Shown here piece by piece: positions 16,526 through 26,504 of a stretch of 64,000 bases of DNA (positions are counted from its first letter, which is position 1; every line of letters begins with the position of its first letter). The notes under the pieces are model-generated. The model saw only the letters and a program-made list of their open reading frames with translations, made no database searches and had not been told where the DNA came from. Both the position numbers and the translations under genes were made by a program. The DNA is from Candidatus Brocadiaceae bacterium (GTDB lineage: Bacteria; Planctomycetota; Brocadiia; SM23-32), in the NCBI GenBank assembly GCA_003551305.1, contig PUMJ01000017.1:3232-67231 (forward strand), read 5' to 3'.

Positions 16526-17941
16526 TCAGTCACCTCCCTCCGTTGGCAGCGCCACGCAGACCATCTCTTCCATGTTCCGCAGGATGAGGCGCTCCCCCAC
16601 CAGGGCCAGCGGCGCCCAGGGTTCGTCGGGCTCCAGGACGTTGACCCTGTCCAGTTCATTGTAGCCGCCCGGGACAGCCTCCACCATGAACAGGTCGCCG
16701 GTGCGGTCGTCCAGGGCCAGCAGCTTGCCGTCGGCCAGCAGGAACGGCCCCAGCCCGAAGCGGCGCGCGCGGGTGCTGGTCCACAGCACGTTGCCCTCCA
16801 GGTCCATGCAGGCCAGCTCGCCGGACGGGATGACGCCGTAGATGTGGCCGTCGTGGAAGATGGGGGTCTGCTGGTCGGAGCCGAACTCGCGCGGCCCCAG
16901 CCGCCAGACCTCCTCGGGCTCTATCTCGCCGCCGTCGCTGCGCAGCCGCAGCATCATCGCGCCGCTGTTGTAGCCGCCGGACAGGAACACGTGCTCTTCG
17001 TCGATCACGACCGGCGTGGGGATGTTGGCGATGCGGATGCGCCAGCCGGGGTATTCCCAGAGCAGCCGGCCGTCCTCGGCGTCCACCCCCACCACGCTCT
17101 CGGTGGTGCAGTAGATGTACTGGCGGCCGGCGGCGTGGTCCATGGCCGCGACGCTGGAGTGCGTCATGCCCCGGCCGCCGGGGTTCGGCGTCTCCCAGAG
17201 CACCTCGCCGGTGGCCAGCTCCACCTTCATCATCAGCGGCTCGCCGCCGGGCGCGAGCACCACCGCGTCTCCGTCCAGCAGCGGGCACTGGCCGGTGTAC
17301 CAGTCGGGTATGACGGTGCCGAACTCCTCGACCATGTCCATGCGCCAGACGAGCTCTCCGGTCTCGGCCTCCAGGCAGTGCACGTGCCCCAGGGCGCCGA
17401 GGGTCACCACGTATTCGTCGGTGACGGCGGGTATGGTGCGACTGAAACCGTGGTTTCGGCGTATGCGGACGGAGTAGCTGTAGCGCCATATCTCACGGCC
17501 GTCGGCCAGTGAGAGGCGGCGCACGACCTCGGAGTCGTTCTCCGGGTCGTAGTCGAGCAGGAACACGCTGCCGTCGTTGACCGCCGGGCCGGCGTAGCCC
17601 TCCCCGACCTCGACGCTCCACAGCTTGCTCAGTCCCCCCTGCGGCCAGGAAGCGGCCAGCGAGGGGGCGTCGCGGACGACGTTGGTGCGGTCGGCGCCGC
17701 GGAACTGCACCCACCGGCCCGGCAACTCGGCCGCCCGGCCGGGGCCGGGGGTCAGGGTGCCCTCGCGCCAGGAGGGAAGCTGCGCCTCCGCCAGCTCGAA
17801 CATCGGCTGCAGGTCCAGCGGCACACGGGTCTCGACCGTCAGCCCCAGGCTCCAGCGCATCCAAGCCACCACCGTCAGGGCGCACACCAGCCCCGCGGCG
17901 AGCGATACGGCCAGCGCCGGTCGGCGTCTAAAGAAGCCCAT
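16526..17941 (-). CDS. PQQ-like beta-propeller repeat protein with N-terminal TM anchor
   Basis: ATG at 17941; RRRPALAVSLAAGLVCALTVVAW anchor; blades such as ADGREIWRY, ETGELVWRM, TGEVLWE, EDGRLLWEY. Confidence 0.6.
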   Translation of the reverse strand: MGFFRRRPALAVSLAAGLVCALTVVAWMRWSLGLTVETRVPLDLQPMFELAEAQLPSWREGTLTPGPGRAAELPGRWVQFRGADRTNVVRDAPSLAASWPQGGLSKLWSVEVGEGYAGPAVNDGSVFLLDYDPENDSEVVRRLSLADGREIWRYSYSVRIRRNHGFSRTIPAVTDEYVVTLGALGHVHCLEAETGELVWRMDMVEEFGTVIPDWYTGQCPLLDGDAVVLAPGGEPLMMKVELATGEVLWETPNPGGRGMTHSSVAAMDHAAGRQYIYCTTESVVGVDAEDGRLLWEYPGWRIRIANIPTPVVIDEEHVFLSGGYNSGAMMLRLRSDGGEIEPEEVWRLGPREFGSDQQTPIFHDGHIYGVIPSGELACMDLEGNVLWTSTRARRFGLGPFLLADGKLLALDDRTGDLFMVEAVPGGYNELDRVNVLEPDEPWAPLALVGERLILRNMEEMVCVALPTEGGD

Positions 17942-18084
17942 GGCGCCTCGCGGGACCGAAAGGGGAACGGAAACTCCGGAACCGCCCGTCCTGGCGCGCA
18001 GGGCGGCCCTCAACCGGTCGCATGTCGAACCTCGGATACAATGTCTTCTCATTCAACATATGGTACTCTCTGCCTCTTCAGGCG

Positions 18085-19251
18085 TCATTCCCGGCCCGCC
18101 TCCTCCGGGACGAAACAGTGGACCTCCCCGTCCTGGCTGCTGATGACGAGCATGCCGCCGGCCACGGCGGGCGAGGCGAGGACCGGCGAGCCGAGCGGTC
18201 GGCGCCAGAGCTGACGGCCCTCCCCGAGGGACAGCGCGTACAGGCTGCCGTCGTCGCTGCCCACGTAAACGACGTCTCCGGCGATGACCGGCGATGAGTC
18301 AATGCTGCCGCGGGCGGTGAACTTCCACAGTTCCTCTCCTCTCTCGGCGTCGAAGCAGCGCACCGTGCGGTCCCGCCCGGCCACGACGACCCGCCCGGCC
18401 GAGACGGCGGGCGAGGCGTAGAGCGCGTCCCCCTCCGAAACGTCGGCCTGCCAGACCGTAGCACCGTCCTGTGCCCGTATGCGGAACAGCAGCCCCTCGA
18501 AGGTGGCCACGTAGAGGGAGCCGTCCCGGTAAACCGGAGTCGCCGCGGTGTAGCCGCCGACGTCGGCCTCGACGCGCTGCTCGCCGGTCTCCAGATCAAT
18601 GACGCGCAATATGCCGTCGCAGCCCGCTATGGCGACCGAGCCGTCGAAAACCGCCGGGCTGCAGTGGACCGGCTGGTCGGTCTCCAGCTTCCAGATCAGT
18701 TCGCCGTCGGCAGCACTCAGGCAGTAGAGGAAGCCGTCGTAACTGCCGAACAACACCCTGCCGTCCACCACGATGGGCGAGGAGATGATCCTCTCGTCAG
18801 CCTCGAACCGCCAGAGTTCCTCGCCTGTGGCGGCGTTGAGGGCGTAGAAGATGCCGCGTTCGTCGCCGACGAACACCCTGCCGTCACGGGCGGCGGGCGC
18901 GCCGGGCACGCGGCCGCGCGTCTCGAACAGCCACAGGCGCGCCCCTTTGTCCCGCCGCAGCGCCAGCAGCCCTTCCGAGGTGCCCACGAAGACGTAGCGC
19001 CCCACCAGGGCCGCCGTGGACTCGACACCCGCGCCGGCTTCATGAGTCCAGCGGGCCGCGAGCGGTGCGGACAGCGGCGCGCGCGCCAGGCCCGTCTGGG
19101 CCGGGTCGCCGCGGAACGAGGGCCAGTCTGCCCCCTGCCGCGCCGCGAGGACGGCCGGCGCCAGGCATGCCACCGATATCAAGACCGTTACGACTCTCCG
19201 CAAACGCCGGCCCCCTCGAAAATGCACGTTACCAGCTTTCCATACTATCAT
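18085..19251 (-). CDS. PQQ-like beta-propeller repeat protein (secreted)
   Basis: ATG at 19251 immediately after the upstream stop. Signal peptide; blades ATGEELWRF, ADGELIWKL, QDGATVWQ, ERGEELWKF, GEGRQLWRR. Confidence 0.6.
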   Translation of the reverse strand: MIVWKAGNVHFRGGRRLRRVVTVLISVACLAPAVLAARQGADWPSFRGDPAQTGLARAPLSAPLAARWTHEAGAGVESTAALVGRYVFVGTSEGLLALRRDKGARLWLFETRGRVPGAPAARDGRVFVGDERGIFYALNAATGEELWRFEADERIISSPIVVDGRVLFGSYDGFLYCLSAADGELIWKLETDQPVHCSPAVFDGSVAIAGCDGILRVIDLETGEQRVEADVGGYTAATPVYRDGSLYVATFEGLLFRIRAQDGATVWQADVSEGDALYASPAVSAGRVVVAGRDRTVRCFDAERGEELWKFTARGSIDSSPVIAGDVVYVGSDDGSLYALSLGEGRQLWRRPLGSPVLASPAVAGGMLVISSQDGEVHCFVPEEAGRE

Positions 19252-19252
19252 T

Positions 19253-22200
19253 TTACTCTGAACGCAGCGCCGACAAAAGCTCGCGCCGCACGGAACCGGC
19301 CGCGGCGGCCGCACACGAGACCAGGCCGACGGCGAAACACGCCGCCAGAACCGCCACGAGCGAAGCCCACCGGACGTCCGCCACGTCGGAGGCCAGGTGC
19401 GGAGCGACGGCCACCAGGGCGCTCACCGAGCCTAACGCCAGCCCCAGTGTCAGCAGCAGGGCGTTCTCCAGCGTCACGGCGGCCACGATGCGCCGGCGCG
19501 GGATGCCGACGGCCAGCATCAGGGCGAACTCCGCGCGCCGCTCGACCACGCCGCGCAACAGCACCGTCACCAGCCCCAGCGTGCCGAGCAACAGCCCCAG
19601 CCCGCCCAGCGTCTGAAAGGTGCCCAGGTAGGTGTTCTGCACGCCGGCGAAACGCGCCAGCAGCTCGCCGGTCTCCAGCACCTCGACGCCCATCTCGCCC
19701 AGCCCGTTGCGCAACGCGGCCGCCACGGCTTCGGTCTCGCCCGGCGGCGTCTCCACCAGGAAGTAGCGGTAGCCCGATTCGCTGCCGAAGTGCCGCACGA
19801 AGTGACGTTCCGCCACGAGCGCCTCGCTCTGGAAGATAGTGTTGGCCAGCAGGCCGACCAGTTCCATGCGGGCTTCTTCGCCGTGGGCGGCCGGCGCGGT
19901 CAGCAAGTCCCCCACGCCCTTGTGGAGGATCCAGCGCGCGCTGGCGGCGTCCGCGAAGGCGGGCAGGGCGCCCCCGGCCGCGTCGGGGTCGCGTCGAAGC
20001 AGGCGCCAGGGCCGGCCGGCCTCCTCGTCTCCCAGGCTCACGTGCTCGGCGAAGCCGAAGCCGCCGCGCTCGACCACCTGCTCCGGCACGCCCAGCACGC
20101 GCGGCACCGAGGGCCTTTGCACGTTCAGACAGCTTATGTCCTCCCCCTCGCTCATGCGGAACTGGTAGATTTCGGCCCGGGCGATCGCCTCCGACTCCTC
20201 CTCCGTCAGCCCGACCCGCTCGCGGCCCTGGGGGGTGGACAGGTCGGCGTGGATGCCGACGCTGCTGCGCGCCACCAGGGTAAAGCCGCCCGCGCCGGAG
20301 GCCCGGTCACGCACGTCCACGCGGCGCATGTCGCGCCGGTTGACAGCCACGGAGACGATCATGAAGCTGGCGGCCGCCAGCAGACCGGCGCTCAGCAGGC
20401 TGCGCACGCGGTTGCGCCGGGCGCCGCGCCAGGCCAGCCTCAGCAGGCCGGGCGCCGCGTGCCGGCCCGGGCCGCCCGGCCGCAGGGCGAGCGCCGTCAC
20501 AGCCAGCGCGCCCACCAGCAGCAATGCCCCGATGCCGAAGAAAGCGCCCGTCGTCGGCACCACCGGCAGCAGCGTGCTCAGCACCAGCAGGGCGGCCGCA
20601 CCGAGCCCGGCCAGACCCGCCACCCACGCCGCCCGCAAGCGGCGCGCCGGCCGCGTTGCCGGGGGCGCATCGCGCTCCGCCTGCCAGCCCGCCAGCAGCC
20701 GTGCGGCCGACGACCTGCGCAGCAGACGGATGCCCCACCAGATGGCGAGGGCCGCCACCGCCAGGCCGCCCAGGAAGCCGATGAACAGGCTCAGTGGCGT
20801 AACGTGCAGCTCGAACGGCATCTGCCCGGCCGCCGGCTCCCACCAGGTGTGGAGACCCAGGATGATAAGGCGCGCGTAGCCGACCCCGGCCGGCGCCCCG
20901 ACGGCGCCCCCCGCCAGGGCCACCAGGCCGGCCTCGGCGGCCAGCGGCGCCGCCGTCCTCCGCCCGGGCAGGCCCACCGCCAGCATGATGCCGAGCTGGC
21001 CGGCGCGCCTCTCGACGTTCAGCCGCAGCATCAGCCCCAGCAGCATCGCGGCCGCCGCCACCAGGAACATGCTCATGGAGAGGAACAGCATCCCGAAGTC
21101 CGTGGAGCCCCGCGCCGCTGCCAGCGCCTGCTGCCGCACGGACCGGAACGCCAGCCCGTGCGCGGCCGGGTCCAGTTCGGCCAGCAGGGCGCGCCGATAG
21201 CGCCCGGCAAAGCCGGCATCAGCCCCTTGCGGCCGGGCCGCCAGCACGGACGTGACCCAGTCCTCCCCGATGCGGGCGGAGCGCCAGATGCCGCGCATCG
21301 CCTCGGGAGCGACGAACGCCTTGGGCGTGGCGCGGTGTTCGTCCCAGTAGTCCTCGTCCCGGGCCCTCACCCGCGAGAGGTCCACGGGGAAGGGCGGGTC
21401 CCACGCGCCGATGGTGTCCACATCGGTGATGCCCTCGAAGAACGGCACGAGGTCAGGGTCCGCCGCCGCCCCCCGCATGGGCACGACGCCGGCCACTTCG
21501 AACGTCATGCTCCCGGTCGTCATAGCGCCGCCGCGGCCGCGCACGTAGTAGGTCATCTCGACGGCGTCCCCGGGCGAGGCGCCCAGGTCATCGGCGGCCC
21601 AGTCGTTCAGCAGGACCTGGTCCGCCCCCAGGTCGGGGGAGGGCGAGCCGTCGGTCAGGACCAGCCCGCCGGCCGCGCGGGCGGCCTCCGGCTCCAGGGC
21701 CGCCACGATGGAGTAAGGGACGGAGCCGTCCTCTGCGCCGACCAGGCGAAGGGTGTTGGCCAGGTAAACGGAGGCCGCACCGGCCGCTATGCCCTCCGCT
21801 TCGGCCGCCGCGCGGGCGGCCCCGGCGGCGCGTGCGGAGAGCACCATGCGGGCGCTCTGCAGGGCCAGGTAGGCGCGGCCTTCCGGTTCTTCCAGGCGCA
21901 GGCCGTAGTCCTCCAGTTGCGCCTGCCGCCGCAGGACCTCTCGCAGGAGGGCGTCCCCGTCAGGCAAAGGGCGGTCGGGCGAAGAGGCGACCAGGAGGGC
22001 GTTGGCGCGGCCGGGCTGTTCCAGTTGCCGGGCCAGCCACTCCCGCTCGACGAAGAGGTTGTGCGGGTGGGGGCGGTCCCCCTGCAGGCTGAACCGGCCC
22101 ATACCCTCCGGGGGCAGCACCTGCCCGACGGTGACCGACAGCGTGCGCAGCGTGCGTGCGCGGCTCTGGTGCGAGAAGACGGTATCCCCCGGCGCCATGC

Positions 22201-22696
22201 CCTCTCGCCCCACGCTGACGAACAGCGTGTCGCCTTCGCGCAGGTCGAGTTCTTCGGCCAGGGCGGCGCTGAGGGCCGCGTTTCGCCCGCTCGGGGCGTC
22301 CCGCGGGCCGCCTTCGCCAAGGTCCCAGAACTCCGGCGGCACTCCCAGCAGGTTCACGCGCGGCGTCGCCCTCTGCTCATCGGCCGTGCGCGCACTGCCC
22401 CCCAGCATCAGCGCGCTGACCGCCCCGGAGAAGGCGTCGTCGAAGCCCGGCTCATCGGCCAGCTCGTCTGCGATCTCGCGGGCCAGTTCAGCCCGGAAGA
22501 AGCCGTCCGTCACCAGCGCGTGCTCGACGCGGCCCAGCCGCTGCAGGGCGAGGTCGCGCAGGCTGCCCTGCACGCTGTCCCCCACCAGCAGCGAACCGAC
22601 CAGCACGGCCACGGCCGTCGCCGTGCCGGCCAGCGCCGCCAGGTTCGAGCGCCGGTAGTAGGCCAGGCTCCGCAGTGTCAGGCGCAGGATGTTCAC
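19253..22696 (-). CDS. ABC transporter permease with two FtsX-like domains (MacB/YbbP-type)
   Basis: 1147 aa. Two sets of 4-TM FtsX modules separated by large periplasmic domains; N-terminal LRSLAYYRRSNLAALAGTATAVAVLVG motif. GTG start. Confidence 0.75.
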   Translation of the reverse strand: MNILRLTLRSLAYYRRSNLAALAGTATAVAVLVGSLLVGDSVQGSLRDLALQRLGRVEHALVTDGFFRAELAREIADELADEPGFDDAFSGAVSALMLGGSARTADEQRATPRVNLLGVPPEFWDLGEGGPRDAPSGRNAALSAALAEELDLREGDTLFVSVGREGMAPGDTVFSHQSRARTLRTLSVTVGQVLPPEGMGRFSLQGDRPHPHNLFVEREWLARQLEQPGRANALLVASSPDRPLPDGDALLREVLRRQAQLEDYGLRLEEPEGRAYLALQSARMVLSARAAGAARAAAEAEGIAAGAASVYLANTLRLVGAEDGSVPYSIVAALEPEAARAAGGLVLTDGSPSPDLGADQVLLNDWAADDLGASPGDAVEMTYYVRGRGGAMTTGSMTFEVAGVVPMRGAAADPDLVPFFEGITDVDTIGAWDPPFPVDLSRVRARDEDYWDEHRATPKAFVAPEAMRGIWRSARIGEDWVTSVLAARPQGADAGFAGRYRRALLAELDPAAHGLAFRSVRQQALAAARGSTDFGMLFLSMSMFLVAAAAMLLGLMLRLNVERRAGQLGIMLAVGLPGRRTAAPLAAEAGLVALAGGAVGAPAGVGYARLIILGLHTWWEPAAGQMPFELHVTPLSLFIGFLGGLAVAALAIWWGIRLLRRSSAARLLAGWQAERDAPPATRPARRLRAAWVAGLAGLGAAALLVLSTLLPVVPTTGAFFGIGALLLVGALAVTALALRPGGPGRHAAPGLLRLAWRGARRNRVRSLLSAGLLAAASFMIVSVAVNRRDMRRVDVRDRASGAGGFTLVARSSVGIHADLSTPQGRERVGLTEEESEAIARAEIYQFRMSEGEDISCLNVQRPSVPRVLGVPEQVVERGGFGFAEHVSLGDEEAGRPWRLLRRDPDAAGGALPAFADAASARWILHKGVGDLLTAPAAHGEEARMELVGLLANTIFQSEALVAERHFVRHFGSESGYRYFLVETPPGETEAVAAALRNGLGEMGVEVLETGELLARFAGVQNTYLGTFQTLGGLGLLLGTLGLVTVLLRGVVERRAEFALMLAVGIPRRRIVAAVTLENALLLTLGLALGSVSALVAVAPHLASDVADVRWASLVAVLAACFAVGLVSCAAAAAGSVRRELLSALRSE

Positions 22697-22826
22697 CTGT
22701 CAGGCTCCATGGGGCGTTCGGTTCATGTTCTTGCTCGCGGCGTCAGGTTGCTCATTTTCCGTTGTTCGTTGCTCGTGGGCGCTCCGGCCTTCCGGGGCCT
22801 CGGGGCCCACTTCCGCCGGGCCCTCC

Positions 22827-23516
22827 TCATGGTTCGCCGTCGTTGCGGGGGTGGAGGGCGCCGTCGCGCAGCTCGTGGACGTCGCCGAACCGCTCGGCCA
22901 GTTCGGGGTCGTGCGTGGCCACCACCAGCATCACGTCCCGCTCGGCGATCATGCCCTCGAACAGGTCGGCCATGCGACGGCCGGTCTCGCTGTCCAGGTT
23001 ACCGGTCGGCTCGTCGGCCAGCAGCAGGACGGGCTCGTTGATCATGGCGCGGGCGGTGGCCACCCTCTGGCGCTCCCCGCCGGAGAGGGCTGCCGGGAAG
23101 TGGTCCATCCTCTCGGCCAGGCCGACGGCTTCCAGCAACTCCTCGCCGCGCGCGAGCGCCGCCCGGCGTTCCTCCGCCCCGGCGCCCAGGGTGGGCAGCA
23201 GCACGTTCTCCAGCGCGGTGCACTGCGGCAGCAGGTGGTGGTCCTGGAAGATGAAGCCTATCTCGCTGTTGCGCAGCCGGGCCAGTTCGCGCTCGTCCAG
23301 GCCGGCCAGGTCCCGGCCGTTCAGCTGCACGTTGCCAGCCGTAGGAGCGTCCAGCGTGCCGATGATGTTCAGCAGCGTGCTCTTGCCGGAGCCCGACGGG
23401 CCGACCACCGCCATGGACTCCCCGGGCCGCAGGGTAAAGCTGACGTCGCGCAGCACCAGCAGCGTTGTCTCGCCCGTGGGATACTCCTTCCGCAGCCCTG
23501 TCAGTTCAAGCGTCAT
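22827..23516 (-). CDS. ABC transporter ATP-binding protein (LolD/MacB ATPase family)
   Basis: Walker A GPSGSGKST, signature LSGGERQRVA, Walker B LLLADEPTGNLD, H-loop ATHD. Confidence 0.85.
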   Translation of the reverse strand: MTLELTGLRKEYPTGETTLLVLRDVSFTLRPGESMAVVGPSGSGKSTLLNIIGTLDAPTAGNVQLNGRDLAGLDERELARLRNSEIGFIFQDHHLLPQCTALENVLLPTLGAGAEERRAALARGEELLEAVGLAERMDHFPAALSGGERQRVATARAMINEPVLLLADEPTGNLDSETGRRMADLFEGMIAERDVMLVVATHDPELAERFGDVHELRDGALHPRNDGEP

Positions 23517-23876
23517 GCAGCCCTCCCAACCCCCGGAGAAGCCCTCCTGCCGTCATAGCTCTGTGCGTCCCAGCCACGCCCGCGGTGAACACACACGGCA
23601 ACGACGTCGCTCTTCCGCACGCTCCCGACACTTGGGATTATACCTGCCCGCCGCCGGTATGACTACCGGGGCGCTCGCCCTGTTGGCCCCCCAATCCTCT
23701 CTTGCTGGCGCCGAAAACGGACCTCAAGTGGATTGTGTGAGTCGTCCGTAGTGCTGCGCTGGTGAGCCGTCGCCCGGTACCGTATACTGAATCGGGGAGT
23801 ATCCGGGTTACTGCGCGCGGGGGCCGGACGTGTCGCCGGCACCGAAAGCGCCTGTCTTTTTCGTCGGAGTACGCCG

Positions 23877-25142
23877 ATGGGTCTGTTGAAGCGGGCTGCA
23901 CGTGTCGTTATCGCGCTTGCCGTGGTGTTGCTGGTGACGGGGTTCCAGGAGGCGAAAGGGGAACCGTGGAACCAGTTCCTCGGCCCGCGCCGGGACGGCG
24001 TGGCGCGCGAGGCCGAGGGCCTGCCCCGGCAATATCCGGAAGGCGCGCAGGTGCGCTGGCAGCAGGAGATGGGCCGCGGCTTCGGAGGGGCGGCCATCTG
24101 GGAGGACTCGGTGCTGGTGGTGGACCGCGTGCGGGGCGAGAGCGACATAATCCGGCGGCTTCGTCTCTCCGACGGCAGCGAGGTCTGGCGGCACGAGTAC
24201 GAGGCCCGGCGCAGGGTGGCCCATCCCGGCAGCCGCTCAACGCCCGCCACGGACGGGCAACTGGTCTACACCGTCGGCACCCTCGGCCACATCAAGGCCC
24301 TGCGGTTCGAGGACGGAGAGGTCGTCTGGCGACGACACCTGCTGGAGGACTGGGACGCGAACCTGCCCCAGTGGGCCGTCTCCCAGTCGCCCCTGCTGAT
24401 GGGCAACCTGCTCATCGTCGCCCCCTGGGGCAGCGAGGCCGCCGTCGTCGCCTACGACAAACAGACCGGCGAAGTGGCCTGGACCACCCCCAATCGCGCC
24501 GGAAGAGACCTGGATTACCAGTCCCCCGTGCCGATGAACGTGGACGGGCGCTGGACAGTGGTCGCCAGCGGCCGTCACGGCTATACCATCGGCGTTGACG
24601 CCGCCACCGGCCGCGAACTCTGGTCATACGACGGCTACAACAGTTCCTGGCACATCCCCAGCCCCACCGTGCTTCCTGGCAATCGCGTGCTCATCACCGG
24701 CGGCTACCGCGCCGGCAGCGCCTTGCTGCAGGTGGGCCGCAGCGGCCAGGGCGGCTACGCCGTCCGCGAACTCTGGCAGAACCGCAATCTCGGCTCCCAG
24801 ATGGCCCAGGCCCTCTACTGGGACGGACACATCTACGGCAACAGCACCGACACCCGCGGCGGCCTGCGCTGCCTGAACCTGGACGGCGAGGTCGTGTGGG
24901 ACTCGGCCGACGACGGCCGCACATTCGAGCGCGGATTCCTGCTTATAGCCGACGGTCTCGCCTTCAGCATCAACGGCCGTGACGGCCAGATTGTCGTCGC
25001 GCGCGCGACGCCCGATGGCTTCCAGGACCTGGGCACCATAGACGTGCTCGGCGGCAACGAGGTCTGGGCGGCCATCGCCTACAGCGACGGCGTGCTGGTG
25101 GTGCGCGACCACAGCCAGCTGGTCTGCCTCGACCTCAGGTGA
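23877..25142 (+). CDS. PQQ-like beta-propeller repeat protein (secreted)
   Basis: Signal peptide; blades SDGSEVWRHEY, EDGEVVWRRH, QTGEVAWTT, ATGRELWSY. Confidence 0.65.
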   Translation: MGLLKRAARVVIALAVVLLVTGFQEAKGEPWNQFLGPRRDGVAREAEGLPRQYPEGAQVRWQQEMGRGFGGAAIWEDSVLVVDRVRGESDIIRRLRLSDGSEVWRHEYEARRRVAHPGSRSTPATDGQLVYTVGTLGHIKALRFEDGEVVWRRHLLEDWDANLPQWAVSQSPLLMGNLLIVAPWGSEAAVVAYDKQTGEVAWTTPNRAGRDLDYQSPVPMNVDGRWTVVASGRHGYTIGVDAATGRELWSYDGYNSSWHIPSPTVLPGNRVLITGGYRAGSALLQVGRSGQGGYAVRELWQNRNLGSQMAQALYWDGHIYGNSTDTRGGLRCLNLDGEVVWDSADDGRTFERGFLLIADGLAFSINGRDGQIVVARATPDGFQDLGTIDVLGGNEVWAAIAYSDGVLVVRDHSQLVCLDLR

Positions 25143-25342
25143 AGCGACCCTGCGGGCCGTCCGCTCACCTGCCTTCCCCGGCGTTGCCCGCGGGCTGTGT
25201 CTGAGCCGCCGCAGGTGCGCCCGCCCTAACGGCGGGCTGCTGGGGCGGCGGGACTCCCATTGCCTTTGCGCCCGGAGACGAGGGGTTGTAGAATCCCGGC
25301 ATTCCATTCCCGGCGCTTTCAGCCTCACGGGGGTCCGACACG

Positions 25343-26374
25343 ATGACTTCAGGGCCGATGACGGCGGTTTTTCTGGAAGGGGTTCACAAGGTTGTTCAAG
25401 CGGAGGTGCCCGTCCCGCAGCCGGGCCCCCGCGATGTGCTCGTCAGGATGAAAGCGGTGGGCGTCTGCGGTTCAGACATGCACTACTACGAGCACGGGTG
25501 CATCGGCGACTTCGTCATCGAGCAGCCCCTCATCCTCGGGCACGAATGCGCCGGGGAGGTCGCCGAGGTCGGGCAGGAGGTGACCACGCTTCAGCCCGGC
25601 GACCGGGTGGCGCTGGAGCCGGGCATCCCCTGCCGCCGCTGCGCGCTTTGCCTGGGCGGCCGCTACAACCTCTGCCGCGACGTCGTGTTCATGGGCACCC
25701 CACCGCACCACGGGGCCTTCCGCCAGTATGTCACCTCGCCCGAGGACTTCGCCTATAGGCTGCCGGACGGGGTGAGCGCCGAGGTCGGCGCGACCGTCGA
25801 ACCGCTGGCCGTTGGCATGCACGCCTGCACCCTGACGGGCGTGCAGCCGGGCGAGAGCGTCGCCGTGCTCGGGGCCGGCCCCATCGGCCTGCTGGCCGTC
25901 GCAGCGGCCTCTGCCGCCGGGGCGGCCCACATAACGGCCGTGGACATGGTGCCGCGGAGGCTCGAGTTCGCCGGCAGGATGGGCGCCGACCGCGCCGTGG
26001 ACGCGCGCGAGGCCGACGTGTCCTCGGAACTGGCGGACAGCGCCGACGTGGTGCTCGACTGCGCGGGGGTGGAGCAGACGCTCGCCCAGTCGTTCAACCT
26101 GGCCCGGCCCGGCGGGCGGGTGGGCTGGATCGGCATGGCGGCCAGGACGGCCGCCGTGCCCCTGATTGAGGCCCAGGCCAAGGAGCTGACCATCGTGCCG
26201 GTGTTCCGCTATGCGAACGTGTACGGGCGGGCGGTGAGCCTGCTGGCGTCCGGCCGCATAGACACGGCGCCGCTTGTGACCCACAGGTTCCGCTTCCCGG
26301 AGGTGGAAGAGGCGTTGAAGTTCGCCTCCGAGAACCGGGAGGTCGCCCTCAAGACGATGGTCGTCTTCGACTGA
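25343..26374 (+). CDS. Zinc-dependent alcohol dehydrogenase (sorbitol/L-iditol/threonine dehydrogenase family)
   Basis: GVCGSDMHYY and GHECAGEV zinc motifs; structural-zinc Cys cluster CRRCALCLGGRYNLC; GAGPIGL Rossmann motif. Confidence 0.8.
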   Translation: MTSGPMTAVFLEGVHKVVQAEVPVPQPGPRDVLVRMKAVGVCGSDMHYYEHGCIGDFVIEQPLILGHECAGEVAEVGQEVTTLQPGDRVALEPGIPCRRCALCLGGRYNLCRDVVFMGTPPHHGAFRQYVTSPEDFAYRLPDGVSAEVGATVEPLAVGMHACTLTGVQPGESVAVLGAGPIGLLAVAAASAAGAAHITAVDMVPRRLEFAGRMGADRAVDAREADVSSELADSADVVLDCAGVEQTLAQSFNLARPGGRVGWIGMAARTAAVPLIEAQAKELTIVPVFRYANVYGRAVSLLASGRIDTAPLVTHRFRFPEVEEALKFASENREVALKTMVVFD

Positions 26375-26422
26375 GGCGCGCCGAGAACGGCTCCATGCGC
26401 CCTGAGAGCGCAGGTCTTGCGC

Positions 26423-26453
26423 TTGACAGCGCCCTGCGTGATGGTGTTATTAT
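26423..26453 (+). promoter_or_regulatory. Near-consensus sigma70 promoter (TTGACA, 18-19 nt spacer, TTATTAT/TATTAT) for the 61-aa gene
   Basis: TTGACA at 26423-26428 and TATTAT at 26448-26453, in a locally AT-rich stretch. AAAGGAGG RBS at 26489-26496. Confidence 0.5.
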
Positions 26454-26504
26454 GGCGGACGATTTGGCGGCAACGTCACTTTTTTCTCAAAGGAGGTCTG
26501 GTTC

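Noticed and set aside
10565-19314. Interpretation of the propeller proteins as PQQ-dependent dehydrogenases (MxaF/XoxF) with an MxaJ-like binding protein
   Set aside because: The proteins are 370-570 aa with BamB/YxaL-type xTGExxW blades. I could not find PQQ-dehydrogenase hallmarks (vicinal Cys-Cys, conserved catalytic Asp/W-docking pattern, ~600 aa length).
12349-23516. Interpretation as a nitrous-oxide reductase (nos) cluster because of NapGH-like proteins plus ABC transporter plus lipoproteins
   Set aside because: No protein has CuA (CxxxC...H...M) or CuZ histidine-rich propeller signatures. The permease is FtsX-type rather than NosY, and there is no NosD beta-helix.
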